In this document: one piece after another, positions 24,040-37,086 of the stretch
How the letters are laid out: the number at the start of each line of letters is the position of its first letter
Numbering within the stretch: position 1 is the stretch's first letter
Source: Octopus sinensis
Taxonomy: Eukaryota
NCBI RefSeq assembly: GCF_006345805.1
Contig: NC_043022.1
Location: 16,306,001-16,370,000, forward strand
Direction of reading: 5' to 3'
DNA: 64,000 bases
Notes under the pieces: model-generated
What the model was told of the DNA's origin: nothing
The model's input: the letters and a program-made list of their open reading frames with translations, nothing else
The model's database searches: none
Translations under genes and position numbers: made by a program

Positions 24040-24880
24040 GCTTTCTCAATGGAGATTCATGAAGAGGTCTATCCATGTCACCTTCAGGGTTGCTTGTTGC
24101 TGATGAGACCAATTTTGGACAGACAGGCCTGGCCATAGTCCTGCTTCTTTGCATTTCTTTCTCAATCTCCTTTTGTTTTCAAGATCAGCCCTACACACAC
24201 ACACATACTAAAAAGAAAAGCTCTGGTGAGTGATATATTGCCAAGTGTCACAATAGGAAGCGAAAGTAGACCACTGGCAATGGTCAAGGTGCCAAAAGTG
24301 AGTTTGCCATCCAGTGCAATCTTGGGCAGGTTATGATCCTCCATTGTGGGATCCTGTCCAGCTCAGAACAGTTAACAGCATGACTTTGACGTTGGTGACT
24401 TCTTTTTGAATTCATTGTTTGGAAATGAAATTACTGCAGGAGATTCTGAGGATGGTGCAGAGGCAGTGCTGGTGGAAGAGCTCAAAGGTTCTAATTGTTG
24501 ATGGTGGCTAACCTACAACTTGGACTTGTAGTGGACAATGGTCAATACAAGACTCTGAACACATTGATTCTTATGTGCTTTCCTCAGCCATTTACAGTCC
24601 CAAACTGTTTGGTACAGTCTACTGAATATGCTGCTTGACTTTGCAAGTCTGTGTCAACTTCTCTGTTGATCTGAGCCCCTGATGAAATTATGTGCCCAGG
24701 TAGCTGAAATGGTAGCTCTATCTTATGGGGTGGGTGGTAATCTTCCTGTGACTTCAGTTCATACTGCAGAGTTGACTCTGTTTGGCCAACAAGGGGCTTG
24801 TGTTGGTGTCTCAGTCTTGAACTGCAGCCATACCAATGTAGTGACAGAGGCAGGGATTGTCCACCTCATCCAGATGTTCT
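24040..24880 (-). mobile_element. Decayed RTE/BovB-like LINE (RT thumb and C-terminal region)
   Basis: FSYLGHIISSGAQINREVD and MEDHNLPKIALDGKL motifs, with many stops and frameshifts. Confidence 0.7.
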
Positions 24881-25983
24881 GTGACCCTTGCAAATGAGTA
24901 CCATGCTGAGAAAGCTGATGAAGAAAGTAACACAGAGGACATTACTCTTTACACTTTTTAATATTGGAAAAACTTGGAGAGATTTTGCCATCTCTGATTT
25001 GAGTACTGATCCTCATCTAAATGTTGAGGAATTTCTTTTGTGTGTGTTCGAGGGGCATTCTTTTCCAAAAACTTTCCATGATTTTCTGTGCATTTGCATA
25101 TGAACTTGTGTATGTGTCTGTAGGTATGTGTATATATATGGCTGCATTCCAATGACTAAAACAAGTAAAAGATAAAAAGACGGTGACACTATTTCTTGTT
25201 TCCTCTCCTTAAAAGCTACAAGAACCAATATAGTTTATATACGTCAGTGTGTTGAAAATCTAGAAAATCTGAATTAATGCTGAACTGCCAACAGTGAACA
25301 GATATGAAATTAGCAGTAAATAACGTCTGATTTCAGCTAATTCAATTGTTGTCTACAACCTCAACAAACTTGATAACAAAATTAATGCAGAGTTATCATA
25401 ACACCAGCTGCTATTGTCATTTCTAGAGATACCTAGATAATGCATGTACACTGAGATATGGTTGAACTGCTCCTCTCTAGCGACTGCAGTGTACCAATAT
25501 AAGTGCAAGTGCAAGGAAAATGTTGTGAAGTTTGTACAGAAACATGTAATGTATAGTATAGAAAAACTTGTGTCTTTAAAAACATGGAGAGCATAATGTA
25601 CAAAACATGTAGTGAAGTGTGTACAATGACATGTAGTGTATTGTATAGAAAGCCTGTAGGCTGTACCATGCAAAATATGTTGTGTATATTATGCAAAACT
25701 GTGTTGGGCACAAAAGCATGTATTCTAGTGGGTGCAAAACATGTAGTGTTTTGAAAAATATATGGTGTGTAGGAAACAAAAACATGCAGGGAAGTGTGTT
25801 TAAAAACGTAATATATAAAACATGTAGAGTTTACCTTACAAAATATACAATGTATGTTATGCTGAAAATGTGTAGAGCATAGTGAATGAAAACATGTATT
25901 TATATTTTAGTGTGTACAGAAACATGTATCGTGTAAAATCATGTTCTGTGTAGAAAACTACAAAGTGTATAGTGTATAAAAAC

Positions 25984-26160
25984 ATGTAGTGTATAGTGTA
26001 CAAGAGTATATAGTGTACATGTAGTGTATAGTGTACAAGAGTATATAGTGTACATGTAGTGTATAGTGTACAAGAGTATATAGTGTACATCTAGTGTATA
26101 GTGTACAAGAGTATATAGTGTACATGTAGTGTATAGTGTACAAGAGTATATAGTGAGTAC
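25984..26160. repeat. 35-bp minisatellite, ~5 copies
   Basis: ATGTAGTGTATAGTGTACAAGAGTATATAGTGTAC at 25984, 26019, 26054, 26089 and 26124. Confidence 0.95.
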
Positions 26161-26513
26161 AAAAATCTTGTATTGTACAGAAAAACCTTTGCTGTTGATC
26201 AGGAAAATGTTAACAAATAAAAGCATCTTTGCATATTCGATTGCAGAGCATATTGTAAGATATCAGTGCTTCTCACTGATGTTGGATTGGACAGCTATAG
26301 GGGAGTGGGGTTAGGCAGTGGAGAAACAACAGCAAACAGATTGCACTGATAAACAGGTGCTTGAGTGTTAGGTTGCAAGGAAACGTATGAATGGGTTGGT
26401 CTGTCACCTCGTGGAATTTGCACAATGCATGATGAATGACATCTCACCAGCATCGACTTTCAGTCAGTTAACCAGTCAGCATGTGACCGAACAGACAGAC
26501 GTAGTTGCTGGAC

Positions 26514-26556
<43 letters not shown>

Positions 26557-26729
26557 CAAGACTTGCTTTTAAAGGCTGAGTAGCAATAAAACTTGAAAAC
26601 CTAAAATTGCATACCCATGCACATCTAAATGCAAATATACATAGACACCTGCACATACAAACATATATATATACAAACGTGAAAAATAAAGAGCTGTATA
26701 CGTCTTTACATGCACACAGACAAGTGTGT

Positions 26730-26786
<57 letters not shown>

Positions 26787-27082
26787 TTTGGTTATTTTTG
26801 TTGTTACTCTCCGAGTAGTTTACTTGGATTTTACATTCCATCGATCATTACGTGATAGCTTACAAAAGTGTTTCCATGTCTGCTTGTTGCAAGAAGGGTT
26901 GTTGGAGTAAAAGTAATGATAACAGCAGCAACAACAACAGCAACAACAGTGTCAGGGAAATTGATCTGTCACTTTTGTGGCTTGAAGCACTGATAGCAGC
27001 TTTCAACAATACCAACTAAAAGGACCTTTAAATTTCTTTGAATAGATGCTTACACACACACACACACATACACACGCACGTA

Positions 27083-27122
<40 letters not shown>

Positions 27123-28192
27123 TGAAGATATATAAACATGTGTGCCAGTGCCACATGAGAAGCACCCAGTACACTCTGAAGAAGTGGTTGGCATGAGGAA
27201 CGGCATCCAGCTGTAGAAACCATACCAAAAGAGACAATTGGAGCCTGGTGCAGCTCTCTGGTTTGTCAACTTCTGCCAAACCATCCAACCCTTGCCAAAA
27301 TGGAAAATGGACATTAAATAATGATGATGATGATGATGATGTATATACATATGTAAAATCTTTGTGTGGAGGTTATGTATTCACCATATGTTCTGTTCAA
27401 CCAATTTTGTCCACTTGCCTTACACTTGATCACTAAAGTCTTTCTGTGATCTCCGGTATCTGACTTTTATCAAATCTACTTAAGATTTAATGCTATATTC
27501 TTCTTGTCCTTAATTAACATAGCTTAAAGACTTGTTTGCGTCAGCTTCAGTTGGCTCAACCTCTCTATAACTACACTGGTTCTTATGATAGCAACTAACA
27601 AACAAGCTTCTTCAAAAGAGGTTTCCAAACCGTGATGCTACACTGGCATAGGTTGCCAGTAATCTTTGTCTCTGTAGAATTCCAGTTTTAGTCACATTGG
27701 ATCAGTTATGACTAGATTGACCTGTGAAGTATATCTGAGCTCTGATAACTGTGAATGCTAATTAAACTTGTAACTGATAACAAGTGACAGGATATTTGAT
27801 TATTCATTAATTAATTTCACTAATTTTATGTTGTTAACAAAACTTGATTAAGGCATCATGGAAAATATTAGTTTAGAAAAAGTGTTATTGGCCAGTTTAG
27901 AAAGACTTGCTCTGGTGGTCCACCAATCTAATATAAATAACAGCCAGATCTTATGCTTAGTACTTTGTCCTATTCCCTAAAATGAAGGACACACTGGATA
28001 TTAGAGACAGTGCTGTCCAGGATGCCATTTTACTTGGAAGTAAAAAATGAGATGGTCATGGCTAGAATGTCTTTGATAATAGTTCTGCTTGATTAAGATA
28101 GACTTGGGGTTAAATACCAGTAATTGGTTTTTACTGAATTTACTGACCCCAAGGCACAGAAGTGCCAGGGTTGAAACTAGACTCAAGTGTTC

Positions 28193-28408
28193 TTTTCTCC
28201 TCTAGGCACGAAGCCCAAAATTTTTGAGGAGGATGGCAGTCGGTTTGATTGACCCCAGTACGCAACCGGTACTTAATTTATCAACCCCAAAAGGATGAAA
28301 GGCAAAGTCGACCTTGGCGGAATTTGAACTCAGAACGTAAAGACAGATGAAATACCGCTAAGCATTTCACCCAGCATGCTAACGTTTCTGATAGCTCGCT
28401 GCCTTACT
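28193..28408 (-). mobile_element. SINE family B
   Basis: Reverse complement of the head and core. Aged TSD-like flanks ACTAGACTCAAGTGTT and ACTGGATTCAAATATT. Confidence 0.85.
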
Positions 28409-28694
28409 GGATTCAAATATTGTCTGGGACTGGAAACAGCATACTGCTAATTATGCCCCTCCCCCCACAACTCCACTAACTTGTTGTAAAAGGTAAAGAA
28501 GTATTTACTATGCTATCAATTACTGTCATCCTCAGTTAGGGTAGTCACCCCATTCCAACTATGGCTACACCGTTTTTATTTTTGGAATACTTTACCTTGG
28601 ATAACATTTCCTAACGTGTTCCATCATATGATGGCAAGATATAGTTTGAGGGAGGTTTGGTTGTTATTTCTAGCAAGAAAATAACTCTATAGCG

Positions 28695-28887
28695 CAGTGG
28701 TTCTCGACATTTTTAATATCCAAGCCATGTCTAAAGCCTGGATTTTTTTAGGGGGCTGCACCAAAAAAAAGCAAAACATGAGTCAAAGAAAAATTTATTA
28801 TATTCATAGAGGGAAGACTGTTAAGGGCTGCTAGTAGGATGCTTGAGGGCCACATGAGGCCCTGGGAGTTGTGGCTGAGAATCACTG
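28695..28887. mobile_element. hAT/Charlie-like MITE
   Basis: TIRs CAGTGGTTCTC and GAGAATCACTG. The 8-bp flanks are decayed but keep a central TA. Confidence 0.6.
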
Positions 28888-29424
28888 ATGTATGCTCTTT
28901 CGTTTCCTCTACATATTATTACCTGTAGTGAAGGCAAGTGTGGTTTAGAATTAGAAGTGGTCAAAATACTTTGCAATGTGAATTCAAATTTCTCCAAGGT
29001 CAACTTAGCCAGTGTTGCTAAATAAGTACCTGTCGAGTGAAATAGATTTAATCATTGACCACTTCCACCATTCCCACTAATTTCTGGTCTTGTTCTCAGA
29101 ATAAAAATCAATATATTATTAGTTTTGATGAAAAAAAAATGTCTTAGGTTATTTACCCTTTTTTCTCTTTTTTTCTCTTTTTTTTTTTCTTTGCAAACTA
29201 AAACATTTTAGTCTTCATGTACTATCAGCTGCCAGTTACATATGTATATGTGTGAGTGTATGTGTGTATGTATGTATGTGGGTGTGTGTATATACATGTA
29301 TATATGTGTGTGTATATATATATGTATGCGTGTTTGTGTGTCAGTACTGATGTACACAAAGACAGTGAACTAAAAAAATTAAATATTTATTTCATTCAGT
29401 TTCAATAATTTTTTTATGACAAAT

Positions 29425-29457
<33 letters not shown>

Positions 29458-29653
29458 ATGTTCACGGGTATAATAACAGCCCCGAGCACAAACATGGATG
29501 TAGTTAAGATTTTCACCAAGGAGGCTCCTGAACATGTATATACAAATGTATGTATATGTATATATCATATACATATATGTATATAAATATCTATATATCT
29601 CGTTTTTGTATTTGGTTTGCAAGATTTTTTATGTGAATTCGTGTGTTGAAGCA

Positions 29654-30221
29654 TATTTTATTGTGTCTGGTGAGAGTCCTTCTCTTTTAGTGCCTTATTA
29701 TTCAACACACTCACTGGTTCGATTTCCAGAGTGGAAACCAAACTAGTGAGTGTGTTAAATAATCTTTTCTACTCTAGGCACAAGGCCTGAAATTTTGAGG
29801 GGAGGGGGCCAGTCGATTAGATCAACCCCAGTACGCAACTGGTACTTAATTTATCGACCCTGAAAGGATAAAAGGCAAAGTTGATCTCAGTAGAATTTGA
29901 ACTCAGAATGTAAAGACAGACGAAATACCTATTTCTTTACTACCCACAAGAGGCTAAACACAGAGGGGACAAACAAGGACAGACAAACGGATTAAGTCGA
30001 TTACATCGACCCCAGTGCGTAACTGGTACTTAATTTATCGACCCCGAAAGGATGAAAGGCAAAGTCGACCTCGACGGAATTTGAACTCAGAACGTAACGG
30101 CAGACTAAATACCGCTAAGCATTTCGCCTGGCATGCTAATGTTTCTGCCAGCTCACTGCCTTGAGTGTGTTAAATAATAAGGCACTAAAAGAGAATGACT
30201 CTCCCCAGACACAATAAAATA
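29654..30221. mobile_element. Fold-back (palindromic) element interrupted by a SINE dimer
   Basis: Left arm 29654-29719 pairs with right arm 29741-29763 plus 30179-30221. The loop contains TTTCCA-GAG-TGGAAA. Confidence 0.75.
29764..30161 (-). mobile_element. Dimeric tRNA-derived SINE (family B, two units with different tails)
   Basis: Head+core+tail 2 is followed by an A-box-less head+core+tail 1. One TSD, TGAGTGTGTTAAATAAT, at 29747-29763 and 30162-30178. Confidence 0.85.
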
Positions 30222-30429
30222 CCTATATACATATATGTATATCACACACACACACACACACATGCGTGCATACATGTGTTGTATAAATACGTAAGCTATG
30301 GAAGGTTTTCTCTGAGTCTTGTCAAACCCTTCCCTCGTTAGACATGTGACTTACACATGGAATTTGAGGGTGAAAGCAATAAAATCTCCAGAAATATTTC
30401 CAACATTAATTCATCTCAAACTTAATGGA

Positions 30430-30466
<37 letters not shown>

Positions 30467-30469
30467 TTT

Positions 30470-30853
30470 ACTGTTTCCTTTCATTAGGCTGCAGCCATGC
30501 TGGGACACTGCATTGAAGAATTTGTTGTCGAATGAATTAACCTCAGTACTTACATTTTTTAAAGTTCAGTACTTATTCTATTCATCTCTTTTGCTGAACC
30601 GCTAAGTTACAGTGACATAAACATACCCACACCAGTTGTCAAGCAGTGGTGGGGGACAAACACAAACACACAGACACACACATAAATACATAGTGGACAG
30701 GCTTCATTCAGTTTATGTCTACCAAATACACTCTCAAGGCTATGGTTAACCTGAAACAATAGTTGAAGACACTTGCCCAAGGTGCCACAGAGTGGGACTG
30801 AACCTGGAGCCATGTGGTTGTGAAACCAGTTTCTTACCACACAGCCATGCCTA
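30470..30853 (-). mobile_element. SINE family A
   Basis: Reverse complement of 60465. The RTE fragment is inserted at its head. Confidence 0.85.
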
Positions 30854-30857
30854 CACA

Positions 30858-31235
30858 TGAGAAGCTTGAGAGGCGGTTGGATGGAACCTACACTCGCCTC
30901 CTTATGAGAGCTCAAAATCTCTCGTGGAAGCGCCATCCAACCAAACTGCAAATATATGGGAAACTACCACCTGTGTCATCTCTTGTGAAAGGTAGGAGAG
31001 TCCAGTTTGCTGGACATTGTTGTAGAGCTGAAAAAGAAGTAATTTCTACTCTTCTCCTCTGGAAGCTATCTATCGCAATACCAGAGGGCGCACACTCTCC
31101 TACCCTGATGTAATCTCCAGGGATACAGGCATCCAGCAACAGGACCTCCGTAATGCTATGATGGACCGTGAAGTCTGGCGTAGCATGGTAAATTCCATTG
31201 TCTCGACCACGGTCGAACAATGATGAATGATGATG
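30858..31235 (+). mobile_element. RTE-clade LINE 3' fragment with TSD
   Basis: HEKLERRLDGTYTRLLMRAQNLSWKRHPTKLQIYGKLPPVSSLVKGRRVQFAGHC resembles the post-RT region of RTE elements. (GAT)n tail. TSD ATGCCTACACA at 30847-30857 and 31236-31246. Confidence 0.85.
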
Positions 31236-31927
31236 ATGCCTACACACACACACCATTAGTCCTGTAGTAGTGAGTGTGGTTGTGTCTGATTAGTTCAAGC
31301 CACATACTTCTCATAATTCTCATTACCTCGTGACTCATGAGTTCATAAGAACCATTGGATTCCCTGAGGAATCGATCAGCTAAGTGTCAGAGGTAGTACT
31401 GGGGTCAATTGAAGAGAATATGAAAACATGACCTCTCTCTTAACGAAATGTCTTTGTGCAAAAGTGAACACCAACATAATCATTACAATTATATGTCATT
31501 AAAAGAAATAATTATTATTTTATTAATAAACAAAGAAATTATTATATCAGATGCCAGAGGGTTGGTAGGGTGATAAGCGGGGTTGAGGTTTTGATGAATG
31601 AAGTCCAATTCCCATTTGGAAGTGGTTCACTTCACTCATGTCACTAATGTCTTTGGGAAAGTCTTTAACACAACCCCCTCCCAACCCCCTCCTCCTTATT
31701 AAAATATTATCTTTTATATCTACATAAATCATAACCAACAACACCAACATTGTCATTTTTATTATAGATGCGCTGCTGATGCCAGACCAGGAGCCAATAT
31801 GATTTATTCTTTACTTTGCTTCGTGTTTCAAGTATCTGAGCTCTAATTTCACCTGGGTTTATTTTGCGGTGAAACCGACCATGCAGTTGTTGTTTGACCC
31901 CACATCAGCTCTCATATGGCACCCCTA

Positions 31928-32196
31928 TCTTTTACTTGTTCCAGTCATTAGACTACGGCCATGCTGGGGTACCGTCTTGAAGAAGTTTTAGTCAAATGTA
32001 TTGACCTCATTACTTATTTTTTTGAAGCCTTGTATTTATTCTGATGGACTCTTTTTGCCAAGCTGCTAAGTTACAGGGACATAAACAAACCAACACTAGT
32101 TGTCAAGTGATGATGAGGGACAAACAGATGCAAAGACATGCACACACACACATGTGTGTGTGTGTGGGTATATATAAATACATATATATATATTAT

Positions 32197-32243
<47 letters not shown>

Positions 32244-32395
32244 GATGGGCTTCTTTTCAGTTTCCATCTACCAAATTTACACACAAGGCTTTGGCAGCCC
32301 TAAAATTATAGTGGAAGGCAATTGCCCAAGGTATCATGTAGTGGGACTGAACCTAGAACCATGTGGTTGGGAATCAAACTTCTTACTACACAACA
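31928..32395 (-). mobile_element. SINE family A
   Basis: Reverse complement of 60465 with an expanded internal (TA)n. Confidence 0.85.
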
Positions 32396-34124
32396 GCAAC
32401 CCAACAACATATCTAGGTCTATATTATCTAATATATCCCTTCCTCTTTTTTTATTGAGGTCAGTTGTAGATTGAGGGGAATTTAGCTGCTATTTTCAGCA
32501 CATTGAATGATCCTATAAAAACTCGTTTGTCATTGCAGTCATTAATTCCGAAAGGAGAGCACAAAACTATCCATTTTATGCTTACTTACTGCCTACTTTA
32601 AGTATATAAGTTCAAATTTTATCAAGTTGAATTTTCTGAAATTTCTTTGTAAACCAAGTCTGCGATCCACTTGCCAGCTACACCAATTTCATTTAAGTTA
32701 ATAAGATCCATAGAAGAGGATTGAACTCAATAATTTCTTGTTACTTAGGGCATGACAGCTGAAAAAAATGTTTGTATTCTGAAGGATATTTTTATTTTTG
32801 CTTCTGCTCTCGCCCTCTCCCACTCTCTCTCTTTCACGAACACACACACAAACTGCTTGCATTTTTATATACAATGAAGTATTTTAAAATCAAAGACTTC
32901 TAACTTCTTAATGACTCCATTCCAGCAAAATTAAACTTCCCTTGTGTTTCATTTAATTCTGAAAACAATAAAAGTAAAATGACTAGGTTTGATAAATTAT
33001 GCATAACCTCTTGTTTATTGGCAAAATCAGTTGATGTTTGGAATGCACCAAAGCTTCTGAGCACTTTGATGCCATTTATGATTATGATAATGTGTGACCA
33101 TCTCTGTATGAATATGTAGGGGAATGTTCTGTCTTTAGATTCATAAAGTTATTGCATCTCAACAATCCCAGATACAGCATCAATTTTCTTGAATCTTTGG
33201 TTCCAAAGCTTTCCTAGATTACTGATTTCACCCTTGCCAAAAAAGTCACACACCCTGGATATTAAATATACTTAAATAATTAAATGAAATACAGGTACCA
33301 TAACATTAGTGTTGATGATACAAGTTTATCACTTTATTGTGCAACATACAGGTAAGCTAATATGGAGGCTGCAGCAATTTGAAGTTCCTGTTCATAAATT
33401 AGTGTAGACTCTGAGCAGTTCCAGATCAGTGTCCATAAAATCAATTTTGTACTGGAAAGATGACCTTTTCTCCTTGAAACGCTGCTAACCATTTGCGGTC
33501 ACACACCATGCAGCAATGTCCTGCATCCACTTTTCCTTACAAGCATGGGTGAGAGGAATTTTAGTAAATTTTAATATTGACTTAAGACTTGAGCTGGTGC
33601 TTTTAGAATTGTCTTTACTGCATCTAACCGTTAAACTATAAATTGTTGGTGGTTTTTACATTTGACTGAGGGGCAGAGAGCAATGCATGCTCTTCTACAG
33701 CTGTTTGAATTGGGAAACATTTGATCTTAAGTTTTTGTGATTAATAAATCTGATACCTTGTCTCATGGCCATTATATTTAGACCCAACAAAGAAACCATG
33801 GTGTGTTCATTTGTTCTGTTACAAACAACAGCTACTAAATCTCCTTCAAATCATACCTTTTCTACTTTACAAAAGGATTGATCCATCAGCTATTTCATTG
33901 CAGGAATAAAATATATCCAGTCAAAGTTTCATTACCCTCAACTGTAGAAAGCAGTTTTATTTGTCAATCTTTCTTTAGTTGAAGAATGTCATCCTTGAAA
34001 CCATTTTCTTTCGAGACACACATCAAGTTTATTGTGGCAACGTGGCTTGCAGAAAATACCCATTCTATGTTTCAGAGATAATTAACACCCATCATGTTTA
34101 GGTGATAATTACTGGAATAATCTT

Positions 34125-34505
34125 TTATATTTTACTTGTTCCAGCCGTTAGACTGTGGCCATGCTGGGGCACTGCCTTGAAGAATTTTTTTAGTCAATTG
34201 AATCAACTCCAGTTCTTATTCGTTTTTTTAAAGCCTGGTACTTATTCTATCTTTTTGCCAAATTACTAAGGGAAATGTAAATAAACCAGTATCAATAGTC
34301 AAGCAGTGGTGCACACACATGTGTGCGTGCATGTTCACAAACACACAGAGAGGCTTCTTTCAGTTTCCATCTTGCACATCCACACACAAAGCTTTGGTCG
34401 GCCTGAGGCTATAGTAAAAGACACTTGCCCAAGGTGCCACACACTGGGATTGAATTTGGAACCATGTGGTTGGGAAAAGAATTTCTTACCACACAGCCAC
34501 ACCTG
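34125..34505 (-). mobile_element. SINE family A
   Basis: Reverse complement of 60465. Confidence 0.85.
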
Positions 34506-34691
34506 CACATGTTGTCCACACAGTCGTGCCTGCAGCTATGAAATTTAATTTTGCAGTTAAAAGTTTTGATAATGTAGCCCTAGATATAATAGAAGACTGA
34601 ACGGTTGTTTCTAGAACCCATTCCATCATGGGTCTGCTAAGTCAGGGCTAAACAACAGCCAATGTGAATACAAAATATATTTTGAAGTGTT

Positions 34692-34925
34692 AAAAGGCGG
34701 CGAGCTGTCAGAATCGTTAGCACACCGGACGAAATGCGTAGCCATATTTCGTCTGCCGTTACGTTCTGAGTTCAAATTCCGCCAATGTCGACTTTGCCTT
34801 TCATCCTTTCGGGGTCGATAAATTAAGTACCAATTAAGCACTGGGGTTGATGTAATCATCTTAATCCGTTTGTCTGTCCTTGTTTGTCTCCTCTGTGTTT
34901 AGCCCCTTGTGGGTAGTAAAGAAAC
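34692..34925 (+). mobile_element. SINE family B, full length
   Basis: AAGGCGGCGAGCTG head, GAGTTCAAATTCC B-box and GCCTTTCATCCTTTCGGGGTCGATAAA core. TSD ATATATTTTGAAGTGTT at 34675-34691 and 34926-34942. Confidence 0.9.
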
Positions 34926-35693
34926 ATATATTTTGAAGTGTTTAAAAGAAATATTAAATCTTCGATTAGAACAAGTTAAACAAATGCAAAGAAGCAATAC
35001 AAGAAGAGAGTCACACACACATACACTTGGGTTCATAAGCACCCAAATATATTCACAAAACAGAGAGATATTTTCTTGGAAGAGACTGCAACTTAATCAT
35101 TCATTAGAAAAAAAAATCTCTCTTTAAAACTTCCATGATACTCTCTAAGCAGAGTTCATTTATATCAACACTTTCATTGAAAATTAATTTTAACACAATA
35201 AAACTTGGACACAATGGACATATTAGATTCTACTTTGTTGTTTTACTAAATATATATGTGTATATATATGTGTATGTGTGTGTGTGTATAAATGTATGTC
35301 TGTATTTGTGTATATACATACAAGTATGTGTGTTATACATGTGTGTGTATGTATACTTATTTTTATGTATGTATACACTCTCTCTTTCTCTCTCTCTCTC
35401 TCTCATATATACTCTTTTTTGTTGTTTGATTCTGGTTACTTTACCTATTCACCAAGCAGAATTTATAATGAACTAATCAATGTTAGGTCTTATTTTTATA
35501 ATTCTGTTTATTATACACACTAATTTAATACACTTTCTATAGCCTTTCACTAATTTTCTCTTTTGTCTCCTATTACAAAGAGACTTTCTTTTTTTATCTC
35601 TCACTTTTAACATAAAACCCAATATTCTAATTATAAAATAGTTAACAGCTGTATTGATGGTAAGTGTCAGAGAGAAGTCACAAGTTCTTAGAG

Positions 35694-36028
35694 TGTTGTG
35701 GTGTCAATTCTTGACCCCAGATATTTCGTACAATAAACCAAGGAAGTTCGTGTTGCTATCTCACTCTTGGTTGCTGACAGTCTTTATATAGAATAGGCTA
35801 ATGTGGTTCTGTGGTGTCAAGAATTCTTGGTCCCAGATATTTCATGCTCTCAGTTACGGCAGTGCTGTGGTTACCAAGCCTTAGTCCTGGATATTCCATA
35901 CGATCAGCTAAGTCTGCGTTGTGGTGTCAAGAATTCTTGGTCCCTGGTATTTCATAGAGTCAGGTAAGGTAATGTTGTCATTTCAATTCTTGGTTTCCAG
36001 ATATTTCTTTCATACAGTCTATAAACCG
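35694..36028. repeat. Diverged ~55-bp minisatellite, 6 units
   Basis: Units start at 35694, 35751, 35807, 35863, 35917 and 35973. Core is TGTTGTGGTGTCAA(GA)ATTCTTGGTCCCAGATATTTC. Confidence 0.8.
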
Positions 36029-36158
36029 TTATCTGAAATTATGCTTTAGTTTAGAAACACTTCAGATTCTCAATCGATTTTGGTTTCATAACGACTCTAT
36101 ATTTGCATTTGTAAATCAATATGCAGGCGCACGCATGCATATATACACACACACATTC

Positions 36159-36191
<33 letters not shown>

Positions 36192-37086
36192 TTCGCACAC
36201 ACACACATATAAACACATGTACATATAAATACGCATACATATACAAAGGGTTTCTACAATTTGTTTGCCAGTTCCAATGACCTGTCCAAACAAATAAAAA
36301 TAAAAGACATCAGTTCATGATGCTGTTTATTAGGATTGAACTCAGAACGGGTGTCATTGCAAAGTAAACTATTTAGCTACAAAGACCTGTCTGCACTTAT
36401 TTGTTTATGTTTTAAATAAATAATTTCCATATTTAAGGACCGAGAATTCTGAAATGGAAAATTCCCCTTACACTGATGGATGAGTGGATTCAGTAGTTAA
36501 GATCCTGAGCCTTTTTATCTATTTGTTAACGTTTCTTTCACTGTTTCGTAACATTATTTTTCTTATTTTAGTTTGCTCAGTTGAAGGACAGATATCAATG
36601 TTACTGATTAAATCAAGCAACAGGCTGTTGGAAACCATAAAACAGCTTCTTTTTTTTTACTAAGAATTTTGTTTAAAGTAATTTAACACTAAAATAAACC
36701 AACAGCACCTACATGAAATCAAAAATATCAGAAATTGCTGTAATATATTCCAGATACATCGTGTGTATATATATATAATATATATATATATAACTTAAAT
36801 TTAAAATACCTTAGTATGTATATGTGTGTGTGTGTGTGTAGGTCTTTGTGAAGCATTCCAATTACAGATACAATAGATTTGACATTATAAATACAAAAGA
36901 TAGAGCTGACATTATGAATGCAGTGGAGTCGACATTGTTGTGGCAGAAAACATCAGCTTCCTCTTGTGTTCATAAACAGTTTAGTGACAGTCAGGAAAGG
37001 TGGAGACCATCTATGGAAAGTCAGCTACCCTACTTTTAATTTATGCATTCAGTTACATTACTAAATATTTAAAATATCACCTTTAA

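Noticed and set aside
25470-25980. C2H2 zinc-finger array
   Set aside because: Cys-rich translation but no HxxxH or TGEKP linker, and it has frequent stops.
31547-31699. Possible terminal exon ending PQPRLSPYQPSGI*
   Set aside because: Plausible acceptor and downstream AATAAA, but no recognisable domain or linkable upstream exon.
35694-36028. CRISPR array
   Set aside because: The linkers are mutually homologous and short, the repeats are too divergent, there are no cas genes, and the context is eukaryotic.
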